40,254 nucleotides of DNA from a virus (IMGVR_UViG_3300027819_000027:1-40254), one strand, 5' to 3'; counted from the first letter of the stretch, positions 25,890 to 36,106 are shown. Made by a program: numbers and translations. The notes: generated by a model from the letters alone, not told the origin.

Positions 25890-26790
25890 GAATCTCCTCC
25901 TGATTTGAAGTGATTTGACCTACTTTGCGGGTAGGGTTGTTGGCGTAAAGCAATACTTCAGGGTTGTAGTTCGTCTGGTCACAATGTCGGCAGATGTAGT
26001 CGTTAAACATTCCGGTTTGGTGCGCCAGCCGAAGCGCCTTGTAAGCCGCCCCCTTGTAAACCTCTTCAATGGTCTGGTGGTTCAGGTCGCCCAGGACAAT
26101 CTGACGGTGAATGTCCCAACAGCAGGGGCTTACCTGTCCGCTGGCATGGACATACATCGGCCCGTTTTCTGGTCTGCCGCAGGTTGTCTGCCTTGTGCTG
26201 TCAATTTTTCGGTAATCCCTTCCCTGTACCCAATTATGAGGCTCCCAAACGAAAACCTCATCAAGTTTTGGCTCCCACATTTCTATCCAATCATTCTTTT
26301 CATGCTTGTTTAAATCAGTCTGGACGAAAAGACCGATAGTGTAGGGATGCCCATTCTTGTACTGCAAGAATCCAAGGATGTTTTTCATTGAGTCAAAGTG
26401 CTTGACTTTGCCCCGGTGAAAAGCTTCATAGGTTTTCTGAGTATGCCCGTAAATGCTTAACTTTAAAATATCAATGTACTTTATGACGTTGGCCCACTTG
26501 TCAGGCGTCATGTGAAAGGCTGTAGTCGAGACGAATATCTTCGCCTTTGGCAACTTCTCCCGGATAAAAGCAAACCGGTCAAAGAGGTTCTTGTCAAGAA
26601 AGCACTCACCAAAACCGCAGGTGTCCACGGATTCCAATTCATACTGAGCAGCGTCGTCAATAATCTTCTTGAACAAGCCCATGTCCATCGCCTGTAACTT
26701 CTGTGTGAATTTCTCACGGGGGCAGATAACACAATGAGCATCACATATGTTGGTGGTTTCTATAATGATCTGTTTATTCCGTAACTCCAT
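25882..26790 (-). CDS. Radical SAM protein with SPASM/twitch domain
   Basis: ETTNICDAHCVIC; GFGE; CGRP...GQVSPCCWD...CRHC. Confidence 0.92.
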   Translation of the reverse strand: MELRNKQIIIETTNICDAHCVICPREKFTQKLQAMDMGLFKKIIDDAAQYELESVDTCGFGECFLDKNLFDRFAFIREKLPKAKIFVSTTAFHMTPDKWANVIKYIDILKLSIYGHTQKTYEAFHRGKVKHFDSMKNILGFLQYKNGHPYTIGLFVQTDLNKHEKNDWIEMWEPKLDEVFVWEPHNWVQGRDYRKIDSTRQTTCGRPENGPMYVHASGQVSPCCWDIHRQIVLGDLNHQTIEEVYKGAAYKALRLAHQTGMFNDYICRHCDQTNYNPEVLLYANNPTRKVGQITSNQEEIHA

Positions 26791-28075
26791 TCTCCGTCCT
26801 TTCTAGTGGTGTTACCCATTCCGCTGCTATGTATTTTCGTTCTATGTATTCTTTTAGTCCCCTGGCGATGGCTTTGTACTCGCGCCAACTTTCCGTCTCC
26901 TGTGATGGGGATTCTATTACCATATGTGAACCATCCGCGTTAAAATGGCAGGTGGCTACACTGTCTTGCGTACAGGAATCAAACGAGATAAATCTTATTT
27001 GCGAGCAGCCAAGCAATTCCGCAATCATTACCGCAGTTATTGAAGACGGGGTATTCCATGCGGCATTGAAATCCAACACATTGTCGAAAACGTAGCGCGG
27101 TTTATAATCCTTGTGCCTACCCGCGACTTCTCGTTCATGCACCAGCAGCGTTGCAGAAACCGGCGGGGCGATGGGTGCATGCTCCGGCGGGTCATAATCC
27201 TTTTGCAATGAATAAATCTTATTTTCCAACCCTAATTTTTCCACCGGGATAATAGACTCGCTGATTGCGATTACCGGGCCAGGGCCAAAATCTTCTTTCT
27301 TCAAATTAACAAGACTCGGCCCCTTACCGACGATCCATGCGGTCTCGCCGTGATGTTTGTATCTTAATCTTTCAATGCAGTACGGGTAATCAGGGCCTCC
27401 GGGGCGCCTGCGAATGCTGGTATTGTAGTTTCCTTCATACCCTCTGACTCCGTAATGCGTAAGCGTGATGTCTGGACTAAGGTATATTTTCCCACCCTGC
27501 TCTATGTACTTGCGTTGAAAATATATATCTTCACCCATCCTCTGCCCATCGGGAGCTATTTCACATCTGAAAGCCTCCAAAACCGGGCCGTCCATTTCGT
27601 AGGTATTCAGGACCGGTCTGGTTCGTTCAAACGCCTTTCGACTGTAAATAATGAACCCACCCGGCAAGGACAGAACATTAAACACAATGGCCCCGCTCGA
27701 TGTATTGCCAACGTATTCAGAATCCTCCAGGACTGGCGTTACCGCGTATGTGTTCCAGTCACCCTTACAAAGATAAGCGCCACCCACCACCTCCGCACCA
27801 GCCATTGCAGCTTTTAAAAGTCTGCCGAAGCCTTCCACTTCCCAGCCAAGGTCGGAATCAATAATCATTAAATGCGTATGATGACTCTTGAGGAACTTAT
27901 TAACCAGTGCGTTTTTCGCTCTGTCAACGTAGGAATCGCCGCTGATCTCAACATATGAATATTTCACGCCCGCTTCCTGTAATACCCGTAAGGAACTCAT
28001 AAGGCTCGTAATGTAGGGGCTGTATGCCTTGACTTCATAAAAAGCGCTTGCGATAAGAATCGAAAAATCCTTCAT
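26774..28075 (-). CDS. GT-A glycosyltransferase-like domain fused to a Maf/DUF115-like domain
   Basis: VDRAKN...LMIIDSD DxD, GEDIYF; C-terminal AWIVGKGPSL...LLGC...SFD. Confidence 0.7.
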   Translation of the reverse strand: MKDFSILIASAFYEVKAYSPYITSLMSSLRVLQEAGVKYSYVEISGDSYVDRAKNALVNKFLKSHHTHLMIIDSDLGWEVEGFGRLLKAAMAGAEVVGGAYLCKGDWNTYAVTPVLEDSEYVGNTSSGAIVFNVLSLPGGFIIYSRKAFERTRPVLNTYEMDGPVLEAFRCEIAPDGQRMGEDIYFQRKYIEQGGKIYLSPDITLTHYGVRGYEGNYNTSIRRRPGGPDYPYCIERLRYKHHGETAWIVGKGPSLVNLKKEDFGPGPVIAISESIIPVEKLGLENKIYSLQKDYDPPEHAPIAPPVSATLLVHEREVAGRHKDYKPRYVFDNVLDFNAAWNTPSSITAVMIAELLGCSQIRFISFDSCTQDSVATCHFNADGSHMVIESPSQETESWREYKAIARGLKEYIERKYIAAEWVTPLERTENGVTE

Positions 28076-28130
28076 ATCAACCCTTCTGTTGTGTATGGAG
28101 GGGGTTTTAAGGCCCCCCCATACAGTTAAA

Positions 28131-28382
28131 TTACGTTGTAATCAACCCAAAGGCAACCAACTTAGCCCTGATCTCGTTCACCAGGTCTTTCATCGCTTCT
28201 GCGTTCACGCTCGATGCGAACCCCCACGGTACGGCGGTTGTCATAAGCGTTGTCGTCAGCGCCACATTGCTAAACGACGGCTTTACAATCGGAGCCGTGA
28301 GCCCATAAAACCCGATTTTCTCATCAGAACGCCCGAAATTGGTTCCGTCTTCATTCCCGTTTCCGACATAATCTACTGCCAT
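28131..28382 (-). CDS. Small capsid-associated / decoration protein
   Basis: KIGFYG..P...VNEIRAKLVAFGLI pattern directly after the capsid gene; AAGGAGG RBS. Confidence 0.65.
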   Translation of the reverse strand: MAVDYVGNGNEDGTNFGRSDEKIGFYGLTAPIVKPSFSNVALTTTLMTTAVPWGFASSVNAEAMKDLVNEIRAKLVAFGLITT

Positions 28383-28397
28383 TTTAATACCTCCTTT

Positions 28398-28425
28398 AAA
28401 AGTGGGCGGCTGTTACACCGCCCAC
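28398..28425 (-). terminator. Intrinsic terminator after the major capsid gene
   Basis: GTGGGCGG-N8-CCGCCCAC followed by TTTT. Confidence 0.6.
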
Positions 28426-28432
28426 ACTACTG

Positions 28433-30517
28433 TTAAGCAGCCGACGAAATCCTGCAAGCCCAACCCGGATAGATGGTCTTCTGGCCAAACAGAACGTCGA
28501 TACGGCAGGGGAAACGATCATTGACAATATCAAAGTTTCTGACCACCCGGAGCGAGATGCCGTCAAAAACCTCCCTGGCCGCAAAATCTACACCCTTCGG
28601 CAATTCAAGATCGGCGCTGACAAAGGTAAACGCATCTTTGTGAAAGACCAAGTTCTGCCGGAACGCGGTATTTGATGTGCCGACGCCACCCGATGTAAGG
28701 AAAACGACCGTTGCCGTCGTGGAGCTGGTGCTGACAACGCAGTTTTGCTTGGCGCCGGACTTGTAGGGAGTGGGGCTGACAGCTACTGTCCACGTTGAAG
28801 CAGCGGTTGCTACCTGGGCAGCCGTGATTGACCACTGCTTTAGATTGCCCATAGTGACTTTGGTTTCCGGGTTCACATCATAGACACCAGCAATGGTGAA
28901 GATGTCGCCGGCAGACTTCGTGTCGCTTGCGGTTACTGCTGACAGAACGATAGTCGCTGTGCCATTAGTAATAGACCCGGTATCGGTCGTTTCACCAGTA
29001 GTAATAACGCCGACAGTATGAACCGGCGTCATTTCGGATTCGTAGAACTTGAACCCATAGACCTGGCCCAAAAGCCCGGTGTCGTACTGCTTGGAAATCT
29101 CCGCGGCTGGGTTGAAGATGTTATAGCCTGCCGTAATGATGCTGTTTGCGGCCAGCGCATCAACCATTGCCATCCGGTCAGAAGCCGGAGCCAAGTTCTG
29201 CGAAAGCTTGGCACGGGCGGCAAGCAGGACAGCCAACGTCGGGGCCGTGCTGTAATCGGTCGCGCTCGTGTGGACGTGGTTAGCAACATCTGGATAGCAA
29301 GCCGCAATAACGGTCTTGTCCACTTCAGCGGCCAGCCTTGACATTGCCGGGTTGAGTATCCGGTCTGCGAAATCATCCAGGGAAAGGGTAAGTTCCGCAG
29401 AACTGAAATTGATGTCAACGCCTCTCTGGGTCGCCAGCGTCAAGGTCTGTGTCGTTTCCGTCACATCCTGGGTATCCATGATGGCTCCACTACGGACAGT
29501 GAACTGATTCGGCTCCCGAATAAGCAAGGTTCCGCCGTTCTTGGCGCCTGACCTTGCGAACCGGTCATCATACTGTTTGTTAATCATCTTGGTGAAGACA
29601 AGATTATTGTGCAAACCTTTATATTCAAATGAGTTCGTTACTCTCACCCCGCCTTTCGGCTGCTGCATATTTCTATGCAGAGTAGACTATATCACCACCC
29701 ACGAGGGGTGCGCTGCGCTTCGAGTCACTTGACTCTACTCCCATGACGGGATAGTCGTTACAGGTTACACTATGAGGGCAAACTCCGTTGTTTTTAACCT
29801 TACCCCATTGGCAGTTCCAACAAAGAACTTGAAACCCCTCTGGAAAGTTATTTTTAATTAACCATCTATAAAATCTGGTGCCGCCAGTTTTTATTCCTGT
29901 TGATCTTCTGTGTTCAGCACCATCATTATTTATATGGTCGATAGTTAAAAACATCTCTTCTGCCTCTCCACAACAAGCACACTGGTATCCATAAGCATCG
30001 TAAACAGCGTCTTTAAGTTTTTTATTCGCAATTCTGACTTTTTTAGCCATCTTAGCGTTAAACTCAACACGCTCATTCTCACTCATGGAATCTATTTTGT
30101 CATGCCAACGATTCTTCATCTTTTCCCTGTATCTGTTCCCTTCTTTGGCACGCCATTCCCTGTTGTAGATATTGTAGCAAGACCTACATCTAAACTGCAT
30201 GGATAATTTACCATTGCTTTTTATCCGATATGGCAAGTAATCGCTTAATGGTTTGGTTATCCCGCATTTAGTGCATTCCCTCACAGTGTCTTCCTTCGGT
30301 ATTACCATATAGATACATCTCCTTGCAGTGATTAGTTATTGTGTAAGTATCACTTTTATGGTTATTATGCAAGAAGTTATTTATCATATCTACTTAGGCT
30401 TCCACCGAGTTCACAGCGTTCTTCGACATACATTGCTGTATGAAGCGACCTTTATTTGATCGCCAGGGCTTTCCTGGTGATATCGCCTGAGCTTAAAGTT
30501 TTTATGGTATTAGCCAT
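28433..30517 (-). CDS. Major capsid protein (P22 coat family), spliced: exon 1 30459-30517, exon 2 28433-29615, 413 aa
   Basis: AGGAGG RBS; joined frame MANTIKTLSSGDITRKALA-I-LHNNLVFTK; NLVFHKDAF, CRIDVLFG. Confidence 0.9.
29616..30458 (-). mobile_element. Group I self-splicing intron (843 nt) in the capsid gene
   Basis: P1 GCGAU/GUCGC with U-G at the 5' splice site; P3 GCUGUG/CGCAGC; P7 GACUA/UAGUC; terminal G; P10 CAAA/UUUG; removal restores the frame. Confidence 0.9.
29673..30308 (-). CDS. Intron-encoded HNH homing endonuclease
   Basis: CTKC...CRSC; CACC...LTIDHINNDG...QVLCWNC; AGGAG RBS. Confidence 0.88.
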   Translation of the reverse strand: MVIPKEDTVRECTKCGITKPLSDYLPYRIKSNGKLSMQFRCRSCYNIYNREWRAKEGNRYREKMKNRWHDKIDSMSENERVEFNAKMAKKVRIANKKLKDAVYDAYGYQCACCGEAEEMFLTIDHINNDGAEHRRSTGIKTGGTRFYRWLIKNNFPEGFQVLCWNCQWGKVKNNGVCPHSVTCNDYPVMGVESSDSKRSAPLVGGDIVYSA

Positions 30518-30537
30518 TGTAAATTACCTCCTGAAAG

Positions 30538-31293
30538 TTAGCCAGTTCTGGCTTTGAGTTTATCTAAGGTTCTTTTTTTATCCCATGCCATCCACTCAGC
30601 GGTTGACATTTTCTCCGGGTCTACTTCAGTGGGTGCGGAGCCGCCGCCTAACTTATTCGGCAACGGTTCAGGGGCCTGGGATTCTCTTTTAATCGGGGTT
30701 GCGCCGCTTATCATGTCGTACTGTTTTTTAATCAGCTTCATGGTATTCAGGGCAGCGTTTTCGCCGACTATCCGTGGGTCGGTCATCCTTCCTAAATCTT
30801 CGTAGGTGTATCCCAACGCTTCAATTGCGAACTTTTCCAGAGCGGGTTTCACGGTTAGAAAATCAGGAATTGCGGCGGTTATTTTCCCGGCGTACTCATT
30901 CTGCCGGGCCATCGTCCTTGTCGCCGTCTTTTCTTTCAACTCGATTTTCATGTCGCGTAACTGCTCTATCTGCAATCCGTTCCCATAAGGGTCTTCGTTT
31001 TGCAGTCTCGCAATTTCGTTGTTGATGTAAGAAATTGTCCCTGCCGGGTTTTCCTCGTAGTAGTCCTCCATCGACTTAACCGGCGCTGCCCCCTGGGGCC
31101 TTGCGGCAAGTTTTGCCTCCGCTTCCTGACGTTTGCGGCGTTCATCTTCCAACGCTGCAAGCGGGACGGTCTTCGGAATGACAACTTCTTCAATTACTTC
31201 TTCAACTACTTCATCAACAACTGGCTCTACCGGCGGCGCAGATACTTCATCGCCCGTGGGTTCACCAACTACGATCTCACTGTTCTCTTCCAT
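30538..31293 (-). CDS. Capsid scaffolding protein
   Basis: Acidic N-terminus, VPLAALEDERRKRQ, MSTAEWMAW; between portal and capsid. Confidence 0.82.
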   Translation of the reverse strand: MEENSEIVVGEPTGDEVSAPPVEPVVDEVVEEVIEEVVIPKTVPLAALEDERRKRQEAEAKLAARPQGAAPVKSMEDYYEENPAGTISYINNEIARLQNEDPYGNGLQIEQLRDMKIELKEKTATRTMARQNEYAGKITAAIPDFLTVKPALEKFAIEALGYTYEDLGRMTDPRIVGENAALNTMKLIKKQYDMISGATPIKRESQAPEPLPNKLGGGSAPTEVDPEKMSTAEWMAWDKKRTLDKLKARTG

Positions 31294-31360
31294 GATTCTC
31301 CTTCTCGCCCGTAAAGTCGGCGGCACTCATTACGCGCCCGTTGTCCCCGGCGGCGGGAAG

Positions 31361-33415
31361 TTATTGCATCTGTGGCGGAACCATTCCACCCATTAATTCA
31401 GGTGGTAAGTTTCCTTCCATTTTTGGAGGGGTGCCAAGTGAAGGTGAGGGGGTGCCTTGTCCTCCACCTGGGGGTTGCCCCTGCATTTCTAGCGCCTGGC
31501 TTAGTGCTTCCATTTCTAGTCGATACTGCTCCTGCTGTTCACCCACCTCGGCGGCAGATGCTTTGGCGAGGTTCAGGAGTATCTCGCTTCCTGTTTTCGT
31601 CTTGCCGATCCGCAGGGCCTCTATTTCTTCTTCTAATTTCTGAATCTGCAACTGTTGTTCGGGATCGGGGCCGTTATCCTTTGGAGCAAGCCGCTCGGCT
31701 ATTTTCTCGGAACCCGGCCAATCCATGTTTTTGATGACTAGATCGCCTATTACACTCATAAGCTGCGGTACGGACTGAATGAGCTTCATCATGCTTTCGG
31801 CGGCCTGCATCCTCTGGGTTGTGTATGAAGGCCCAACAGTGATCGCTATGTCGTACTTCCCAGCAGTGATGTCGTTAATAAGCGTCTGTGACCCATCTGG
31901 ATTGACCACTATCTTATTGATAGGGACAATTCCGTGGCTGTCATCCTCGCCCAATGTTCTGATTGTGCGTTCTGTATCGTAAATGCGGGGAACCAGATCG
32001 ACAAGTATTTTGCCCGTGAATGTTATTGCCCTGCCGTAGTTGTCGATAAACTCAAACATCCCAACATCTGATTCGCGTTGCCGGGCAAAGATGGCCACAC
32101 CTGACCGCTCGTTTGAAGACTGCCCTAATGCCGCGTCATAAATACCGATGGTGTCCTTCATATCAGACGTGGCTTGCTGCGCCATTTGAACGAAAACCGT
32201 ATTGACCGTCGCTCCTTGTTCCCGTTGAGGAGCGCCTCCTGTGTTGGGATCGGGGTTGTAAAGCACATAGGGGAATGGATAATTATTAAGCTGATTCCAC
32301 TGTGACTCATGCCCCTTTATCTGCGCCGGGGTGACTTTATACGGAACCTTCGGCTGTAGTGCCGCCATTTCCATGTTTTGCGAAACGGTATAATTATATA
32401 CCTTTTGGGCGTCTTTGGCGTCTCTAATGAGTGATTTGTAATATGTCTTGCCCTCGATTGTCCAAGTGTCGCCATAGACCGGCACAAGGGGAATATACTT
32501 ACCAGCCCAATCCTTCGGGCCTTCTAAAATCTTGTGGCCTGTAACCAGGCACCACTTTACTTGCTTTGCCTTAACTTTCCGTTCTTTCAGTATCGGGTAC
32601 GGCTGGCCCTGAATCATTAAAGATTTGCCCTTCCCATCGGGGCTAGGGATGATGTGCTCGTTTTTGACCTTTGAGCTGTCGATAGTTGACCCATCCTGGA
32701 GCTTGTAAAGCGTCTTTTCGACAATTTCCTTGTAATAGTATTCCGCAACCCTGATTGTGTCGTCAAGGAGCCATCCGTCAAGGTTTTCACCCGTCCCCTG
32801 CTCTGTCCAGCCAGTTATTTCGTCTTTCGGGAATAACTGCTCGAACTTCGACTTACTCATGGTTTCCGTAACGAAGCACCATTCCAGCCCGCCACGATAG
32901 ACATCATGGACGGTTTCCGGGTCAGGATACACGCAAAACTGGTTCAAGATGCCTTCAATCATAATATCCTGGTCGAAAGTATCATCTTCGGCATATTTTG
33001 TTTCAACACGCCACCAGCCCGGATACCCCCCCGCCACCGCATGCTTAAATGCGTTGTCATAGGCGATTGAAGCGTAACTATTGTACTGGATGTTGCGAAT
33101 ATGACCTTCGATTATCTTGGCCATCGTTGGATCAGAGCTACTATCAACTGGCCTTACCTTAATATCGGGCCTGTTCTGGCGTTGATCGCCCGTCACCTGC
33201 CGCACGAACTTAGGCAACTTGTTAATTGTGAGTCTCGGACGGCCAGCCCTTGCGGTTATTGCCTCTTTATCCCACTGCTCGTCACCGCCGAGGACAAATT
33301 TCAGGTCTTCGATTGCCAGATTTCTATTTCCTACACTTTCGGACATCGAAATCTTGAACCGTTCCCGCAACGTTGCCAGGAAATCTTCGTCTTTTATCTT
33401 CTTGTCTTTTATCAT
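31361..33415 (-). CDS. Portal protein (P22-like)
   Basis: RPRLTINK...RQNRP; YIPLVPVYG; ERSGVAI..RQ; GPSYTTQR. Confidence 0.93.
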   Translation of the reverse strand: MIKDKKIKDEDFLATLRERFKISMSESVGNRNLAIEDLKFVLGGDEQWDKEAITARAGRPRLTINKLPKFVRQVTGDQRQNRPDIKVRPVDSSSDPTMAKIIEGHIRNIQYNSYASIAYDNAFKHAVAGGYPGWWRVETKYAEDDTFDQDIMIEGILNQFCVYPDPETVHDVYRGGLEWCFVTETMSKSKFEQLFPKDEITGWTEQGTGENLDGWLLDDTIRVAEYYYKEIVEKTLYKLQDGSTIDSSKVKNEHIIPSPDGKGKSLMIQGQPYPILKERKVKAKQVKWCLVTGHKILEGPKDWAGKYIPLVPVYGDTWTIEGKTYYKSLIRDAKDAQKVYNYTVSQNMEMAALQPKVPYKVTPAQIKGHESQWNQLNNYPFPYVLYNPDPNTGGAPQREQGATVNTVFVQMAQQATSDMKDTIGIYDAALGQSSNERSGVAIFARQRESDVGMFEFIDNYGRAITFTGKILVDLVPRIYDTERTIRTLGEDDSHGIVPINKIVVNPDGSQTLINDITAGKYDIAITVGPSYTTQRMQAAESMMKLIQSVPQLMSVIGDLVIKNMDWPGSEKIAERLAPKDNGPDPEQQLQIQKLEEEIEALRIGKTKTGSEILLNLAKASAAEVGEQQEQYRLEMEALSQALEMQGQPPGGGQGTPSPSLGTPPKMEGNLPPELMGGMVPPQMQ

Positions 33416-34800
33416 TAAGCCGCCATCCAGTTACTTGTTAAAAACTTGCTTGGGTCAAAGGGTTTAGATACCGCATGCTGCTCATAGCCTACCGCAAAAG
33501 TGATAAACGCCGTCGAAGCATGACTGCACCAGTTATGGAGGTACCGCTGTTTCAATACCTTCTTGTCTTCATCAAATTCTGCCTGAAAATACTCCAAAGC
33601 GTTTATCCCTCGTGCGCACTTTTCCTTATCAAACCAACAACTCGACAAAACATTACGCACCGCAGGGACCTGAACCTGCATGAAAACATCCATGTTCCTC
33701 ATTCGGTTCACTACCAACACCGGCCTGATTCCTATCCGTTCAGCCATCTCCTTCTTGGACATCGCCAACTCCGAATTGGTCAATTCCCGCTGGTTCGCGT
33801 CGTGCGGCATGTGATGGTTGCCGTAAATATAAGGCTTCTCTTTCAGTACCTTCGCGTAATGCTCCAGACCCATCCCAGTGTTTTCATAGTAATCAATAAA
33901 GTGATACGACTTCCCATTCTCCTGCATGAACCAAATCGTCGTAGAATCATCAACGCCCAAATCCCAAAAGGTGTGAACCTCCTGCCCGGTCTGGTGCGGT
34001 ACGTTTGTTATCCGCTTATCAGCACGAGCCTCCCTGATCTGCTTGCCAAAGTATGCCCCCATAATGGCGCCTTCAAAAGAGCACATGTACTCCTGTTGAT
34101 AAAGAGCCTCCCCCAGGTCGTCGCCCCATATTGCAACCAACTCAGTACGAATCCCAGAGAGCTGCTCCTTCGTAAATACAGGAGTCTGGTCAGCCTTCGT
34201 AACCTCCGCAAACCACTTCGGGTCTTGCATCCCATGATCCAACATCGTCTTCGCATGGTTGTTGCCACGGCTCGTCGTTATAAATAAAGCAAAACCGTTG
34301 TTCTCCTCCAAAATGGGCATAATGTACGGCCAACATAACGGATCGGCCAACGCCCACTCCGAAGCAATTATCCCTATCGGCGGCGAACCAACCAAAGCAT
34401 TGAAATTGTCACTCCCTACCAACTGCCACGAGGCGCCGTTCTTGAAACCAATAAACATGTCGTTCTCGCGGGTCTTCTCCCGTATCTCCAAAGGAAAGGC
34501 CTCATCTATCCTACGCTTCCCAGACCGAGGATTCACCGCATCCCATACCGACTTCCTACACTGTGCATACATCGGTAACATGTGCCAGTAATTCCCCACA
34601 CGCTGCACCACCTGTGTCGCTGTGAAATGTAACGCGACATCATCCTTACCTATTCAGCCCCAGCGCCTATGCGCGATTTCAATGGCGCGTTTCCCGCCGC
34701 CTTCCAGGTATAACCATAAGGGCATTTGATCTTCTCTCGGTACCCAGTTGTTTGGAATACGAATCTTGTTGTTCTTCCCTACATAGCCTTGTTTTCGCAT
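33415..34800 (-). CDS. terL: Terminase large subunit with one in-frame TGA (34654-34656) inside Walker A
   Basis: PREDQ..LW, HRRWG*IGKDD, IIASEWA, ITTSRGNNH, WDLGVDD, PHDA; the two listed ORFs are in the same frame. Confidence 0.9.
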
Positions 34801-35218
34801 AGATGCTGAGTTGACTTCACCTCCCTTTTTATTCGATTCCTTACCCTCTACAAAATCCCGCCGTATTACAGGAAACAGGTTCAACAAACCTAATTTCCGA
34901 TTTCCCACATACCCCCCACCTCTTTAGAACTGCTTGCTCTGTGGGTATGGTGGTCCCTCTTTTTACACCAACCCCGGCATCTGGTTGACCCTCATGCCCC
35001 CGGCCTCATCCCGGCAGGTGCTGGCTCGGTATCCAGGGCGTGAGAGTTGATAGAGTTATCAACAGTCTTATCAACAGCGTGTGGATTTGAGTTATCAACC
35101 GGTTTTGTGTTTGTGCTGATGACCATTCCGCCAGCCCCTCGTAACTACCCGATATTATTGCTACGTCCTATAAGTGTACATATGTAAACTTGTGGCACAA
35201 GGCATTGACATCATTGCC

Positions 35219-35656
35219 TTATTTACTTTTTGCTCCCTTTTTGATGCCTGTTGATAACTTTTTGGGCGCGAATGACACAACCTCAACGGCCATAGTGCCG
35301 GAGACACTGACGTTTTGTTCCTGTTTGTCGGTCCAGCCGGCGTTCTTGAGCCAGAATATCGGCCCTGCCACTTGGTTGCCCAGGAGCCGCTGTTCCATGT
35401 GATCGGAGAGGCGCCGCTTGGCTTTTTTTATAGTACCGCTGAACGCATCCTTGCGCTCATAATTCCAGATTGTATCGATATCGCAATCAAGCGCCAGTGC
35501 CATGCCAGAGATTGTTAGGGGTGTGTCAGATGCTTCTCGATCTGAGAAGTACCTATCTATGAGTATTTGGAGTTGTTCTGGTGATTTCCACAATGGGGGA
35601 TGTCCGGTTTTGACTTTTGGCTTGAGTTTATTTAGGGCGGCTTGGTTGATTGGCAT
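35219..35656 (-). CDS. terS: Terminase small subunit (P22 gp3-like)
   Basis: GHPP..KSPEQLQ..ID.YF...PLTISGMALAL...IFWLKN..W.DKQE. Confidence 0.85.
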   Translation of the reverse strand: MPINQAALNKLKPKVKTGHPPLWKSPEQLQILIDRYFSDREASDTPLTISGMALALDCDIDTIWNYERKDAFSGTIKKAKRRLSDHMEQRLLGNQVAGPIFWLKNAGWTDKQEQNVSVSGTMAVEVVSFAPKKLSTGIKKGAKSK

Positions 35657-35657
35657 T

Positions 35658-35990
35658 TTAGCAGCTCCTAAACGCTGGCGTCTTGTTCCCGTTTTTGGCA
35701 TGGATTAGGCGCGCTATGGCCTGGACCTGGGGTATTGTGATGTCTGGGCGGATAAATATGCCGTCGGGCGTCCAGGCTGTTATGCCTAGGTCTCGGCGCA
35801 TATCTAGATGGAGATCGGCGTCGAGGCGCACTAATCCAGTTGACTGGACTGGCACTCGGCAGGGTTGGCTGGGTGTTACATTTTGGGTGTTACATTTTGG
35901 GGGTGTTACAACTGATATTTGGCTGGGTGTTACATTTTGTCGGCGTGTCCGCTGATACTCTGCCATCTCTGTCGCGGTGCGCTGTTTCAT
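35658..35990 (-). CDS. Hypothetical protein with NVTP repeats
   Basis: AEYQRTRR start; first gene of the late operon. Confidence 0.55.
   Translation of the reverse strand: MKQRTATEMAEYQRTRRQNVTPSQISVVTPPKCNTQNVTPSQPCRVPVQSTGLVRLDADLHLDMRRDLGITAWTPDGIFIRPDITIPQVQAIARLIHAKNGNKTPAFRSC
35871..35939. repeat. Four GGGTGTTACA(TTTTG) direct repeats
   Basis: Copies at 35871, 35885, 35901 and 35925. Confidence 0.85.
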
Positions 35991-36106
35991 CGGCCGGCCC
36001 TCAGGTTATAGCTATTTATACGCCTGTTGTTTGCTGATTGCAAGTGTTTTTTTATCCAATTATCAGCCTGTGGTTTTCACGGGGCCCGTGATTTTCCCGC
36101 CAGCTA

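Noticed and set aside
29616-29668. Listed capsid N-terminus MQQPKGGVRVTNSFEYKG
   Set aside because: It is intron P9 sequence; the real start with RBS is at 30517
33475-34287. Long antisense ORF (270 aa) and similar shadow ORFs opposite structural genes
   Set aside because: Fully overlap well-supported genes on the other strand and have no recognisable motifs
34654-34656. Genome-wide TGA recoding or selenocysteine
   Set aside because: TGA is a normal stop elsewhere (e.g. 21382, 6870, 2252, with ATGA-type overlaps), and readthrough would not restore Walker A spacing
34910-35218. tRNA or other structured RNA gene in the intergenic gap
   Set aside because: No cloverleaf or T-loop consensus recognisable by eye; a covariance scan would be needed to exclude it fully
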